From NCBI GenBank assembly GCA_036172245.1, contig JAYWIR010000112.1, positions 62,001-126,000 of the forward strand: a stretch of DNA of 64,000 nt. The letters are read 5' to 3'. The notes beneath the pieces are model-generated. The model was not told the DNA's origin and did no database searches. It worked only from the letters and a program-made list of their open reading frames with translations. The translations under genes and the position numbers were made by a program. The stretch comes from Raillietiella orientalis. Taxonomy: Eukaryota. Positions 13,501-26,759 of the stretch are shown one piece after another; the first letter of the stretch is position 1; each line of letters starts with the position of its first letter.

Positions 13501-16500
13501 GAAGCTTCCGTTTGCAGTGAGCTGCAAATACACAGAGTGGAGCCGAACATCATCCCAATTCCTTGGTTTCAGAGGATGACTAAGAGGATTCCTACATTTA
13601 ATTATGGTGGGGCACTTTTGACTTTGCGCTGTTTTCATGGCAACCAGCGTCGCAATTAGAAAGCGAATGTTTTCCTTCGATCTCATTTATTATGTGCTCA
13701 AAACTTACAACTTTTTTGAGTTGTAATCAATTGCAAATTAGGACATTTCACAATTGCACTTTTGCTTTTTCTCGCGAAACAACCGTTTGCAGTGAGCTGC
13801 AAATTCATAGAGTGGAGCGGAATATGATTCCAATTTCTTGGTTTCAGACGATAACTAAGATGATTCCTACATTTCCTTATGCTGGAGCACTTTTGACTCT
13901 GCGCTGTATTCAAGGAAACCAGCGTTTAAATTAGAAACCGAGTGTTTTCTTTCGATCTGGTTCACGAAGTGGTCAACATTTACATCTTTTGTTTGTTGTA
14001 TTTAATTCGAACTCAGGAGACTAAACCATTGCTCTTTTGCTCTTTCTTGCGAAGCATCCATTTGCAGTGAGTTGCAAATTCACGGAGTGGAGCCGCACAT
14101 CATTCCAATTACTTTGTTTAAGAGGATGAATAGGAGGATTCCTACATTTCATTATGGTGGGGCACTTTTGAATCTGCTCTGTTTTCATGGCAATCAGCGT
14201 CGGAATTAGAAAGCGAGTGTTTTCCTTCGATGTGATTCATTATGTGGTAAAAATTTACAACTTTTGTGAGTGGTTTTCAATTCTAAATCAGGACATTCCA
14301 CCATTGCACTGTTGCTCTTTCTCGCGAAACATCCATTTGCAGTGAGCTGCAAATTCACAGATTGGAGCCGCACATCATTCCAATTTCTTTGTTTCAGAGG
14401 ATGAATAGGAGGATTCCGACATTTCCTTATGCTGGAGCACTTTTGACTCTGCGCTGTTTTCAAGGCAACCAGCGTTTGAATTAGAAACCGAGTGTTTTCT
14501 TTCGATCTGATTCACGATGTGGTCAACATTTACATCTTTTGTTTATTGTATTTAATTCGAACTCAGGAGATTGAACCATTGCTCTTTTGCTCTTTCTTGC
14601 GAAGCATCCATTTGCAGTGAGTTGCAAATTTACGGAGTGGAGCCGCACATCATTCCAATTTCTTGGTTTCAGAGGATGACTAAGAGGATTCCTGGATTTC
14701 ATTATGGTGGGGAACTGTTGACTCTGTGTTGTTTTCATGGCATCCAGCGTCGGAATTAGAAAGCGAATGTTTTCCTTCGATCTGATTCATTATGTGGTCA
14801 AAATTTACAACTTTTGTGAGTTGTAATCAATTGCAAATTAGGACATTTCGCCATTGCACTTTTGCTTTTTCTCGCGAAACAACCATTTGCAGTGAGCTGA
14901 AAATTCACGGAATGGAGGCTCACATCATTCCAATTTCTTGGTTTCAGACGATGACTAAGAGGATTCCTACATTTCCTTATGCTGGAGCACTTTTGACTCT
15001 GCGCTGTTTTCAAGGCAACCAGCGTTTGAATTAGAAACCGAGTGTTTTCTTTCGATCTGATTCACGATGTGGTCAACATTTACATCTTTTGTTCATTGTA
15101 TTTAATGCGAACTCAGGAGATTAAACCATTGCTCTTTTGCTCTTTCTTGCGAAGCATCCATTTGCAGTGAGCTGCCAATTCACGCAATGGAGCCGCACAT
15201 CATTCCAATTTCTTTGTTGCAGTGGATCAATAAGAGCTTTCCTACATTTCATTATGATGGGGCACTTTTGACTCTGCGCTGTTTCCATGGCAACCAGCGT
15301 CTTTATTAGAAAGCAGGTGTTTTGCTTCGATCTGATTTATGATATGGTCAAAATTTACAACTTTTGTGAGTTGTCATCAATTCTAAATCAGGACATTTCA
15401 CCATTGCACTTTTGCTCTTTCTCGCGAAACATCCATTTGCAGTGAGCTGCAAATTCACAGAATGGAGCCGCACATCATTCCAATTTCTTGGTTTCAGACG
15501 ATGACTAAGAGGATTCCTACATTTCCTTATGCTGGAGCACTTTTGACTCTTCGCTGTTTTCATGGCAACCAGCGTCGGGATAAAAAAGCGAATGCTTTCC
15601 TTCGATCTGATTCATTATGTGGTCAAAATTTACAACTTTTGTGAGCTGTAATCAATTGCAAATCAAAACATTTCACCATTGCTCTTTTGCTCTTCCTCGC
15701 GAAGCATCCATTTGCAGTGAGCTGCCAATGGAGCCGCACATCATTCCAATTTCTTTGTTGCAGTGGATCAATAAGAGCTTTCCTACATTTCATTATGATG
15801 GGGCACTTTTGACTCTGCGCTGTTTCCATGGCAACCAGCGTCTTTATTAGAAAGCAGGTGTTTTGCTTCGATCTGATTTATGATATGGTCAAAATTTACA
15901 ACTTTTGTGAGTTGTCATCAATTCTAAATCAGGACATTTCACCATTGCACTTTTGCTCTTTCTCGCGAAACATCCATTTGCAGTGAGCTGCAAATTCACA
16001 GAATGGAGCCGCACATCATTCCAATTTCTTGGTTTCAGACGATGACTAAGAGGATTCCTACATTTCCTTATGCTGGAGCACTTTTGACTCTTCGCTGTTT
16101 TCATGGCAACCAGCGTCGGGATAAAAAAGCGAATGCTTTCCTTCGATCTGATTCATTATGTGGTCAAAATTTACAACTTTTGTGAGCTGTAATCAATTGC
16201 AAATCAAAACATTTCACCATTGCTCTTTTGCTCTTCCTCGCGAAGCATCCATTTGCAGTGAGCTGCCAATTCACGGAGTCGAGCCGCACTTCATTCCAAT
16301 TTCCTGGTTTCCGAGGATGAATAAGATGTTTCCTACATTTCATTATGGTGGGGCACTTTTGACTCTGCGCTGTTTTCATGGCAACCAGCGTCGGAATTAG
16401 AATGCAGGTGTTTTCCTTCGATCTGATTTATGATATGGTCAAAATTTACAACTTTTGTGAGTTGTTATCAATTCTAAATCAGGACATTTCACCATTGCAC

Positions 16501-19182
16501 TTTTGCTCTTTCTCGCGAAACATCCATTTGCAGTGAGCTGCAAATTCACAGAATGGAGCCGCACATCATTCCAATTTCTTGGTTTCAGACGATGACTAAG
16601 AGGATTCCTACATTTCCTTATGCTGGAGCACTTTTGACTCTGCGCTGTTTTCAAGGCAACCAGCGTTTGAATTAGAAACCGAGTGTTTTCTTTCGATCTG
16701 ATTCACGATGTGGTCAACATTTACATCTTTTGTTTATTGTATTTAATTCGAACTCAGGAGATTAAACCATTGCTCTTTTGCTCTTTCTTGCGAAGCATCC
16801 ATTTGCAGTCAGTTGCAAATTCACGGAGTGGAGCCGCACATCATTCCAATTTTTTGGTTTCAGAGGATGACTAAGTGGATTCCTGCATTTCATTATGGTT
16901 GGACCCTTTTGACTCTGCGCTGTTTTCATGTCAACCAGCGTCGGAATTAGAAAGCAGCTGTTTTCCTTCGATCTGATTTATTATGTGGTCAAAATTTACA
17001 ACTTTTGTGAGTTGTAATCAATTGCAAATCAAAACATTTCACCATTGCTCTTTTGCTCTTTCTCACGAAGAATCCATTTGCAGTGAGCTGCCAATTCACG
17101 GAGTGGAGCCGCACTTCATTCCAATTTCCTGGTTTCAGAGGATGACTAAGTGAATTCCTACATTTCAATATACTGGGGCACTTTTGACTTTGTGTTGTTT
17201 TCATGGTAACCAGAGTCGGAATTAGAAAGCGAATGCTTTCCTTCGATCTGATTCATTATGTGGTCAAAATTTACAACTTTTGTGAGTTGTTATCAATTCT
17301 AAATCAGGACATTTCACCATTGCACTTTTGCTCTTTCTCCCGAAACATCCATTTGCAGTGAGCTGCAAATTCACACAATGGAGCCGCACAGCATTCCAAT
17401 TTTTTGGTTTCAGAGGATGACTAAGAGGATTTCTACATTTGATTATGGTGGGGTACTTTTGACTCTGCGCTGTTTTCAAGGCAACCAGTGTCTGAATTAG
17501 AAAGCGAGTGTTTTCCTTCGATGCTATTCATTATGTGGTCAAAATTTGCAACTTTTGTGAGTTGTAATCAATTGCAAAGCAGGAAATTTCATCATTGCAC
17601 TTTTGCTCTTTCTCGCGAAACATCCATTTGCAGTAAGCTGCAAATTCACGGAGTATAGCCGAACATCATTGCAATTTCTTGGTTTGAGAGGATGACTAAG
17701 AGGATTCCTACATTTAATTATGGTGGGGCACTTTTGACTCTGCGCTGTTTTCATGGCAACCAGCGTGGGGATAAAAAAGCGAATGCTTTCCTTCGATCTG
17801 ATTTATTATGTGGTCAAAATTTACAACTTTTGTGAGCTGTTATCAATTGCAAATCAAAACATTTCACCATTGCTCTTTTGCTCTTCCTCGCGAAGCATCC
17901 ATTTGCAGTGAGCTGCCAATTCACGGAGTGGAGCCGCACTTCATTCCAATTTCCTGGTTTCCGAGGATGAATAAGAGGTTTCCTACATTTCATTATGGTG
18001 GGGCACTTTTGACTCTGCGCTGTTTTCATGGCAACCAGCGTCGGAATTAGAAAGCAGGTGTTTTCCTTCGATCTGATTTATTATGTGGTCAAAATTTACA
18101 ACTTTTGTGAGTTGTTATCAATTCTAAATCAGGACATTTCTTTATTGCACTTTTGCTCTTTCTCGCGAAGCATCCATTTGCAGTGAGCTTCCAATTCACG
18201 GAATGGAGCCGCACTTCATTCCAATTTCTTTGTTTCAGTGGATCAATAAGAGGATTCCTACATTTCGTTATGGTGAGGCACTTTTGACTCTGCGCTGTTT
18301 TCATGGCAATCAGCGTCGGAATCAGAAAGCGAGTGTTTTCCTTCGATGTGATTCAATATGTGGTAAAAATTTACAAATTTTGTGGGTTGTTATCAATTCT
18401 AAATGAGGACATTTCACCATTGCACTTTTGCTCTTTCTCGCGAAGCATCCATTTGCAGTGAGCTTCCAATTCACGGAATGGAGCCGCACTTCATTCCAAT
18501 TTCTTTGTTTCAGTGGATGAATAAGAGGATTCCTACATATCATTATGGTGGGGCACTTTTGACTCTTCGCTGTTTTCGTGGCAATCAGCGTCGGATTTAG
18601 AAAGCGAGTGTTTTCCTTCTTTGTGATTCATTATGTGGTCAAAATTTACAAGTTTTGTGGGTTGTAATTAATTCGAACTCAGGAGTTTAAGCCATTGCTC
18701 TTTTGCTCTTTCTTGCGAAGCTTCCGTTTGCAGTGAGCTGCAAATACACAGAGTGGAGCCGAACATCATCCCAATTCCTTGGTTTCAGAGGATGACTAAG
18801 AGGATTCCTACATTTAATTATGGTGGGGCACTTTTGACTTTGCGCTGTTTTCATGGCAACCAGCGTCGCAATTAGAAAGCGAATGTTTTCCTTCGATCTC
18901 ATTTATTATGTGCTCAAAACTTACAACTTTTTTGAGTTGTAATCAATTGCAAATTAGGACATTTCACAATTGCACTTTTGCTTTTTCTCGCGAAACAACC
19001 GTTTGCAGTGAGCTGCAAATTCATAGAGTGGAGCGGAATATGATTCCAATTTCTTGGTTTCAGACGATAACTAAGATGATTCCTACATTTCCTTATGCTG
19101 GAGCACTTTTGACTCTGCGCTGTATTCAAGGCAACCAGCGTTTGAATTAGAAACCGAGTGTTTTCTTTCGATCTGATTCACG
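1531..19182. repeat. Higher-order-repeat (HOR) core of the satellite; variant 13-, 18- and 19-monomer units
   Basis: The diagnostic monomer ATGTGCTCAAAACTTAC...TGTATTCAAGG lies at 5106, 8742, 13692 and 18908, with a variant at 1531. Spacings are 3575 (13x275), 3636 (13x275+61), 4950 (18x275) and 5216 (19x275-9). Corresponding monomers of successive units are near-identical, while neighbouring monomers differ. Confidence 0.9.
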
Positions 19183-21106
19183 AAGTGGTCAACATTTACA
19201 TCTTTTGTTTGTTGTATTTAATTCGAACTCAGGAGATTAAACCATTGCTCTTTTGCTCTTTCTTGCGAAGCATCCATTTGCAGTGAGTTGCAAATTCACG
19301 GAGTGGAGCCGCACATCATTCCAATTTCCTGGTTTCAGAGGATGAATAAGAGGTTTCCTACATTTCATTATGGTGGGACCCTTTTGACTCTGCGCTGTTT
19401 TCATGGCAAATAGCGTCGGAATTAGAAAGCAGGTGTTTTCCTTCCATCTGATTTATTATGTGGTCAAAATTTACAACTTTTGTGAGCTGTAATCAATTGC
19501 AAATCAAAACATTTCACCATTGCTCTTTTGCTCTTTCTCGCGAAGCATCCATTTGCAGTGAGCTGCCAATTCACGGAGTGGAGCCGCACTTCATTCCAAT
19601 TTCCTGGTTTCCGAGGATGAATAAGAGGTTTCCTACATTTCATTATGATGGGGCACTTTTGACTCTGCGCTGTTTCCATGGCAACCAGCGTCGGAATTAG
19701 AAAGCAGGTGTTTTCCTTCGTTCTGATTTATGATATGGTCAAAATTTACAACTTTTGTGAGTTGCTATCAATTCTAAATCAGGACATTTCACCATTGCAC
19801 TTTTGCTCTTTCTCGCGAAACATCCATTTGCAGTGAGCTGCAAATTCACAGAATGGAGCCGCACATCATTCCAATTTCTTGGTTTCAGACGATGACTAAG
19901 AGGATTCCTACATTTCCTTATGCTGGAGCACTTTTGACTCTGCGCTGTTTTCAAGGCAACCAGCGTTTGAATTAGAAACCGAGTGTTTTCTTTCGATCTG
20001 ATTCACGATGTGGTCAACATTTACATCTTTTGTTTATTGTATTTAATTCGAACTCAGGAGATTAAACCATTGCTCTTTTGCTCTTTCTTGCGAAGCATCC
20101 ATTTGCAGTCAGTTGCAAATTCACGGAGTGGAGCCGCACATCATTCCAATTTTTTGGTTTCAGAGGATGACTAAGTGGATTCCTGCATTTCATTATGGTT
20201 GGACCCTTTTGACTCTGCGCTGTTTTCATGTCAACCAGCGTCGGAATTAGAAAGCAGCTGTTTTCCTTCGATCTGATTTATTATGTGGTCAAAATTTACA
20301 ACTTTTGTGAGTTGTAATCAATTGCAAATCAAAACATTTCACCATTGCTCTTTTGCTCTTTGTCGCGAAGAATCCATTTGCAGTGAGCTGCCAATTCACG
20401 GAGTGGAGCCGCACTTCATTCCAATTTCCTGGTTTCAGAGGATGACTAAGTGGATTTCTACATTTCATTATACTGGGGCACTTTTGACTTTGTGTTGTTT
20501 TCATGGTAACCAGCGTCGGAATTAGAAAGCGAATGCTTTCCTTCATCTCATTCATTATGTGGTCAAAATTTACAACTTTTGTGAGTTGTTATCAATTCTA
20601 AATCAGGACATTTCACCATTGCACTTTTGCTCTTTCTCCCGAAACATCCACTTGCAGTGAGCTGCAAATTCACAGAATGGAGCCGCACATCATTCCAATT
20701 TTTTGGTTTCAGAGGATGACTAAGAGGATTTCTACATTTGATTATGGTGGGGCACTTTTGACTCTGCGCTGTTTTCAAGGCAACCAGTGTTTGAATTAGA
20801 AAGCGAGTGTTTTCCTTCGATGCTATTCATTATGTGGTCAAAATTTGCAACTTTTGTGAGTTGTAATCAATTGCAAATCAGGAAATTTCATCATTGCACT
20901 TTTGCTCTTTCTCGCGAAACATCCATTTACAGTGAGCTGCAAATTCACGGAGTATAGCCGAACATCATTGCAATTTCTTGGTTTGAGAGGATGACTAAGA
21001 GGATTCCTACATTTAATTATGGTGGGGCACTTTTGACTCTGCGCTGTTTTCATGGCAACCAGCGTCGGGATAAAAAAGCAAATGCTTTCCTTCGATCTCA
21101 TTCATT

Positions 21107-24100
21107 ATGTGGTCAAAATTTACAACTTTTGTGAGTTGTAATCAATTGCAAATTAGGACATTTCACCATTGCAATTTTGCTTTTTCTCGCGGAACAACCA
21201 TTTGCAGTGAGCTGCAAATTCACAGAGTGGAGCCGAACATCATTCCAATTTCTTGGTTTCAGACGATGACTAAGAGGATTCCTACATTTGATTATGGTGG
21301 GGCCCTTTTGACTCTGCGCTGTTTTCAAGGCAACCAGCGTCGGAATTAGAAAGCGGGTGTTTTCCTTCGATGTGATTCATTATGTGGTCAAAATTTATAT
21401 ATTTTTTTGGTTGTAATCAATTCCGAATCAGGAGATTTCTCCATTGCACTTTTGCTCTTTCTCCCTAAGCATCCACTTCCAGTGAGCTGCAAATTCACGG
21501 AGTGGAGCGGCACATCATTCCAATTTGCTGGTTTCAAAGGATGACTAAAAGGATTTGCACATTTCATTATGGTGGGGAACTTTTAACTCTGTGTTGTTTT
21601 CATGGCAACCAGCTACGCAATTAGAAAGCGAATGTTTTCCTTGGATCTGATTCATTATGTAGTAAAATTTACATCATTTTTGGGTTGTAATATATTCTAT
21701 ATCAGGAGATTTCACCATTTCACTTTTGCTCTTTCTCGCGAAGCATCCATTTGCAGTGTGCTGCAAATTGACGGAGTGGAGCCGCACATCATTCCAATTT
21801 CCTGCTTTCAGAGGATGACTAAGTGTATTCCTACATTTCATTATGGTGGGGCACTTTTGACTCTCCGCTGTTTTCATGGCAACCAGCGTCGGAATTAGAA
21901 AACGAATGTTTTCCTTCGATCTGATTAATGATGTGGTCAACATTTACATCTTTTAATGGTTGTAATCAATTCGAAATCAGGACAATAACCCATTGCGCTT
22001 TTGCTCTTCCTGTGGATGTATGCATGTGCCGTGAGCTGCAATTTCACGGAGTGGAGCCGCACATCATTCCAATTTCTTGGTTTCAGAGGATGACTAAGAG
22101 GATTCCTTGATTTCATTATGGTGGGGAACTGTTGACTCTGTGTTGTTTTCATGGCAACCAGCGTCGGAATTAGAAAGCGAATGTTTTCTTCCGATCTGAT
22201 CCATTATGTGGTCAAAATTTACATCTTTTGTGGGTTGTTATCTATTCCAAATCAGGAGATTCCACCATTGCACTTTTGCGCTTTTTCGCGAAGTATCCAC
22301 TTGCAGTGAGCTGCAAATTCACAGAATGGAGCCGCACATCATTCCAATTTCTTTGTTTCAGAGGATGAATAGGAGGATTCCTACATTTCATTATGGTGGG
22401 GCACTTTTGAATCTGCTCTGTTTTCATGGCAATCAGCGTCGGAATTAGAAAGCGAGTGTTTTCCTTCGATGTGATTCATTATAAGGTAAAAATTTACAAC
22501 TTTTGTGAGTTGTTATCAATTCTAAATCAGGACATTTCACCATTGCACTTTTGCTCTTTCTCGCGAAACATCCATTTGCAGTGAGCTGCAAATTCACAGA
22601 ATGGAGCCGCACATCATTCCAATTTCTTGGTTTCAGAGGATGACTAAGAGGATTCCTACATTTCATTATGGTGGGGCACTTTTGACTCTGCGCTGTTTTC
22701 ATGGCAACCAGCGTCGGAATTAGAAAGCGAGTGTTTTCCTTCGATGCTATTCATTATGTGGTCAAAATTTACAACTTTTGTGAGTTGTAATCAATTGCAA
22801 ATCAGGACATTTCACCATTGCACTTTTGCTTTTTCTCGCGGAACAACCATTTGCAGTGAGCTGCAAATTCACAGAGTGGAGCCGAACATCATTCCAATTT
22901 CTTGGTTTCAGACGATGACTAAGAGGATTCCTACATTTGATTATGGTGGGGCCCTTTTGACTCTGCGCTGTTTTCAAGGCAACCAGCGTCGGAATTAGAA
23001 AGCGGGTGTTTTCCTTCGATGTGATTCATTATGTGGTCAAAATTTATAAATTTTTTTGGTTGTAATCAATTCCGAATCAGGAGATTTCTCCATTGCACTT
23101 TTGCTCTTTCTCCCTAAGCATCCACTTCCAGTGAGCTGCAAATTCACGGAGTGGAGCGGCACATCATTCCAATTTGCTGGTTTCAAAGGATGACTAAAAG
23201 GATTTGCACATTTCATTATGGTGGGGAACTTTTAACTCTGTGTTGTTTTCATGACAACCAGCTACGCAATTAGAAAGCGAATGTTTTCCTTGGATCTGAT
23301 TCATTATGTAGTCAAAATTTACATCATTTTTGGGTTGTTATGTATTCTATATCAGGACATTTCACCATTTCACTTTTGCTCTTTCTCGCGAAGCATCCAT
23401 TTGCAGTGTGCTGCAAATTGACGGAGTGGAGCCGCACATCATTCCAATTTCCTGCTTTCAGAGGATGACTAAGTGTATTCCTACATTTCATTATGGTGGG
23501 GCACTTTTGACTCTCCGCTGTTTTCATGGCAACCAGCGTCGAAATTAGAAAACGAATGTTTTCCTTCGATCTGATTTAAGATGTGGTCAACATTTACATC
23601 TTTTAATGGTTGTAATCAATTCGAAATCAGGACATTAACCCATTGCGCTTTTGCTCTTTCTGTGGATGTATGCATGTGCCGTGAGCTGCAATTTCACGGA
23701 GTGGAGCCGCACATCATTCCAATTTCTTGGTTTCAGAGGATGTCTAAGAGGATTCCTGGATTTCATTATGGTGGGGAACTGTTGACTCTGTGTTGTTTTC
23801 ATGGCAACTAGCGTCGGAATTAGAAAGCGAGTGTTTTCTTCCGATCTGATCCATTATGTGGTCAAAATTTACATCTTTTGTGGGTTGTTATCTATTCCAA
23901 ATCAGGAGATTCCACCATTGCACTTTTGCGCTTTTTCGCGAAGTATCCATTTGCAGTGAGCTGCAAATTGAAGGAATGGAGCCGCACATTATTCCAATTT
24001 CCTGGTTTCCGAGGATGACTAAGAGGATTCCTAGATTTTTTTATGGTGGGGCACTTTTGCCTCTGTGCTGTTTTCATCACAACCAGCGTCGAAATTAGAA

Positions 24101-24130
24101 TGCGAAGGTTTTCCTTCGATATGATTCATT
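21107..24130. repeat. Diverged 6-monomer HOR (~1650 bp, ~2 copies) at the array edge
   Basis: Distinctive monomers pair at 21107/22756, 21931/23581 (TGTGGATGTATGCATGTGCC) and 22206/23856, spaced 1649-1650 bp. Confidence 0.88.
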
Positions 24131-25390
24131 ATGCGGTCCAAATTTACATCTTCTTTGGGTTGTAATTAATTCGAAAAGAGGAGATTGAACCATTGCTCTT
24201 TTGCTCTTTCTCGCGAAGTATCCATTTGCAGTGAGCTGCAAATTCACGGAATGGAGCCACACATCATTCCAATATCCTGGTTTCAGAGGATGACTAAGAG
24301 AATTCCCACATTTCATTAGAGTGGGGCACTTTGAACTTTGTGTTATTTCCATGGCTACCAGTGTTGGAGTTCAAAAAGGTATGCTTGCCTCCGATCTGAT
24401 TCTTTATGTCGTCTAAATTAGCATCTTTGGTGGGTCGTAATCAATTCGAAATCAGGAGATTTTACCATTGCACTTTTGCGCTTTTTCACGAAGCTTCCAT
24501 TTGCAGCGAGCTGCAAATGCAAGGAATCGAGCCGCACATCATTCCAATTTCCTTGTTTCCGAGGATGACTAAGATGATTCTTACATTTCATTATGGTGGG
24601 GCACTTTTGTCTGTGTGCTTTTTTCATGGCAGGCAGCGTCGAAATTAGAAAGCGAATGTTTTGCTTCGATCTGATCCATTATGTGGTCAAAATTTACATC
24701 TTTTGTGGGTTGTTATCTATTCCAAATCAGGAGATTCCACCATTGCACTTTTGCGCTTTTTCGCGAAGTATCCATTTGCAGTGAGCTGCAAATTCAAGGA
24801 ATGGAGCCGCACATCATTCGAATATCTTGGTTTCAGAGGATGACTTAGAGGATTCCTAGATTTCTTTTGAGTGGTGCGCTTTGCACTCTGTGTTGTTGTA
24901 ATGGCTAAAAGCGTTGGAGTTTGAAAGGGTATATTTTCCTTCGATCTGATTCATTATTACGGCTAAATTTGCATCTTTTGTTGGATTGTAATCAATTCCA
25001 AATAAGGATGTTCATCCATTGCACTTTTGCGCTTTTTTAGGAAGCAACTTTTTGCAGCGTTAGGCAAACTACCGTTAAGGATCACCGCACAACCTTGCAA
25101 TTTCCTGGTTTCAGAGGTGGAATAAGTCCGACATTTCATCTCGGCGGGGCACTTTGTAGGCTGTGTTCGTTTCGTGGCAACCAGTGTTGCAGCTAGAAAG
25201 CGATTGTTTTCCTTCGATCTGATTCATTATGTGGTCAAAATTTACATCTTTTGGTTTGGATTGTAATTAATTCTAAATCTGGATGTTCATCCATTGAATT
25301 TTTACGCTTTTTCACGAAGCATCCATTAGCAATGAGCTGCAAATTCACGGAGTGGAGCCGGACATCATTCCAATTTCCTGGTTTCAGAGG

Positions 25391-26560
25391 TCGACCCGAA
25401 CTTCGAATCCCATTGTTCCCGCCTTTATCGGGGGCCTCCGGTTTAAACCACCGCCGGTGCCACGCCTGAATTTCTCGGCCTGCCAGCGGCATTGCAGGAG
25501 AAAATCGGAACTCGGCGACGCAGTGGCGTCAGAGTTTCTGCCTAAATATTCGAACTCGCGACGCGTGCTTCCACATGCAGAAGCCTTAACCACAAGGTCT
25601 TCGACGCGGGCTGTTTGTTGTTTTAAGCAGCTACGAAAAGATAGTTAGATAACGAATTGCGGAATTAGCAATTACGGCTTTTTCTGGAAATGTGAGGTTT
25701 GAAACAAGAAACCGCTCCGGAGGCTCATTCCTCACTGTCTGAAGCGAATGTTAGAAGGAGAAGGAGAAAGAGGTTTTGCAAGTCGACAACCCTCGCAGTC
25801 TCCGTGAAGGCTCAGCGAGTGGAGGTCAGCTGGCCGGGTGCCAAGTCGAACGGATCCCCTTCGCCCTACGGAATGCCTCCTATCCAAAGCGGGAGGAAGT
25901 CACCCGAGGGTGTTGCCGCTGCGACGCCCAGAGCCGTCCGCGCACCGGCTGCTAGCGCCTAGAAGACCCGCTGCTGGACTTGCCATTCCGTTGCCGGGCA
26001 CCGATATAGCCCCCCCAGCCTCGTGAAACGACGGCCTGGTGGAATCCGAGACCTTTTCCCCTTCCTCTTTTCGGTGCGGGGCGAATCGAATCAAAGAGAC
26101 AGCACGGAATGCACCGCTGCTGAACGGCAGCGACACGCATTCGTTCCATGAACATGGCCGCGGCACCAACGTTGCGGCCCCTCCTCTGCCCCCCCTTCGC
26201 CACTCTGATCAGCCAATGATCGCGCAAGCCTTTCCGTTCGTCGCCATCTTTTGATGGCTTCTCTTCTAGAAGGTTCTCCAGGACGGCTTTCTTTGTTTCC
26301 GCGGCAAGCTGCCTCCCGAAATCCAGGAGTGTTACCAGTCGAGACTGTGCAGCCTCGGCAGCGGATCGGAGGGCGATGTTTCCTGCACGTGCGACACTTC
26401 GGGTCGGCGGATGCCCCGTCAGGCGACCTATTGGCAGCCACAAGGCATCCCATGGGTATCATCATCATTGGGCTCGGCGACGTTTCCCGGACGAATCGTC
26501 CCTGCAAATCGGGAAGAAAGGATCGGACTGCCAACGTAAACATCAATTTAGTCATCTGAA
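25391..26560 (-). mobile_element. GC-rich decayed retroelement-like fragment (possible ORF1/gag remnant) abutting the satellite
   Basis: GC rises abruptly at 25391. Minus ORF 26091-26555 contains CRTCRKH...CRGC, resembling eroded tandem zinc knuckles, followed by K/R/E-rich sequence. No confident alignment to the other elements by eye. Confidence 0.35.
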
Positions 26561-26759
26561 AAACTCATTCGTGAACGTGCGTGTTTCTCAGTTGGCCCAT
26601 AGGTCGTGAGTGTTCTGACCAGGAGGAAGGAGAAGGTCACAGTTTCTACTGCGTCTTCGTTTCGCAAATCTGCGGGAGCGCGCCACGCTGCCTTTCGTGG
26701 GGCCAGGACGATGATGGAGATGGGTGGAGACCTGTTTGCGTGCAACGACCCCTCACGCT

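Larger units (their letters stand above)
1..25390. repeat. 275-bp tandem satellite array (~92 monomers), running off the left edge of the window
   Basis: The motif ATGTGGTCAAAATTTACAACTTTTGTGAG and close variants recur every 275 bp (159, 434, 709 ... 4006, 4281 ... 25229). The ORF track repeats with the same period. The array stops mid-monomer at ...GGTTTCAGAGG 25390. Confidence 0.98.

Noticed and set aside
159..25390. Dozens of 60-98 aa ORFs on both strands (MKTAQSQKC.., MWSKFTTF..) as a tandem peptide gene family
   Set aside because: They are by-products of the 275-bp satellite. The period is not a multiple of 3, ORFs occur on both strands, starts and stops vary between monomers, and no domain is recognisable.
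1..25390. CRISPR array or tandem 5S/tRNA/SL gene array
   Set aside because: The whole unit is repeated with no unique spacers and no cas genes. I could not recognise a tRNA, 5S or snRNA sequence in the monomer, though an Rfam scan was not possible.
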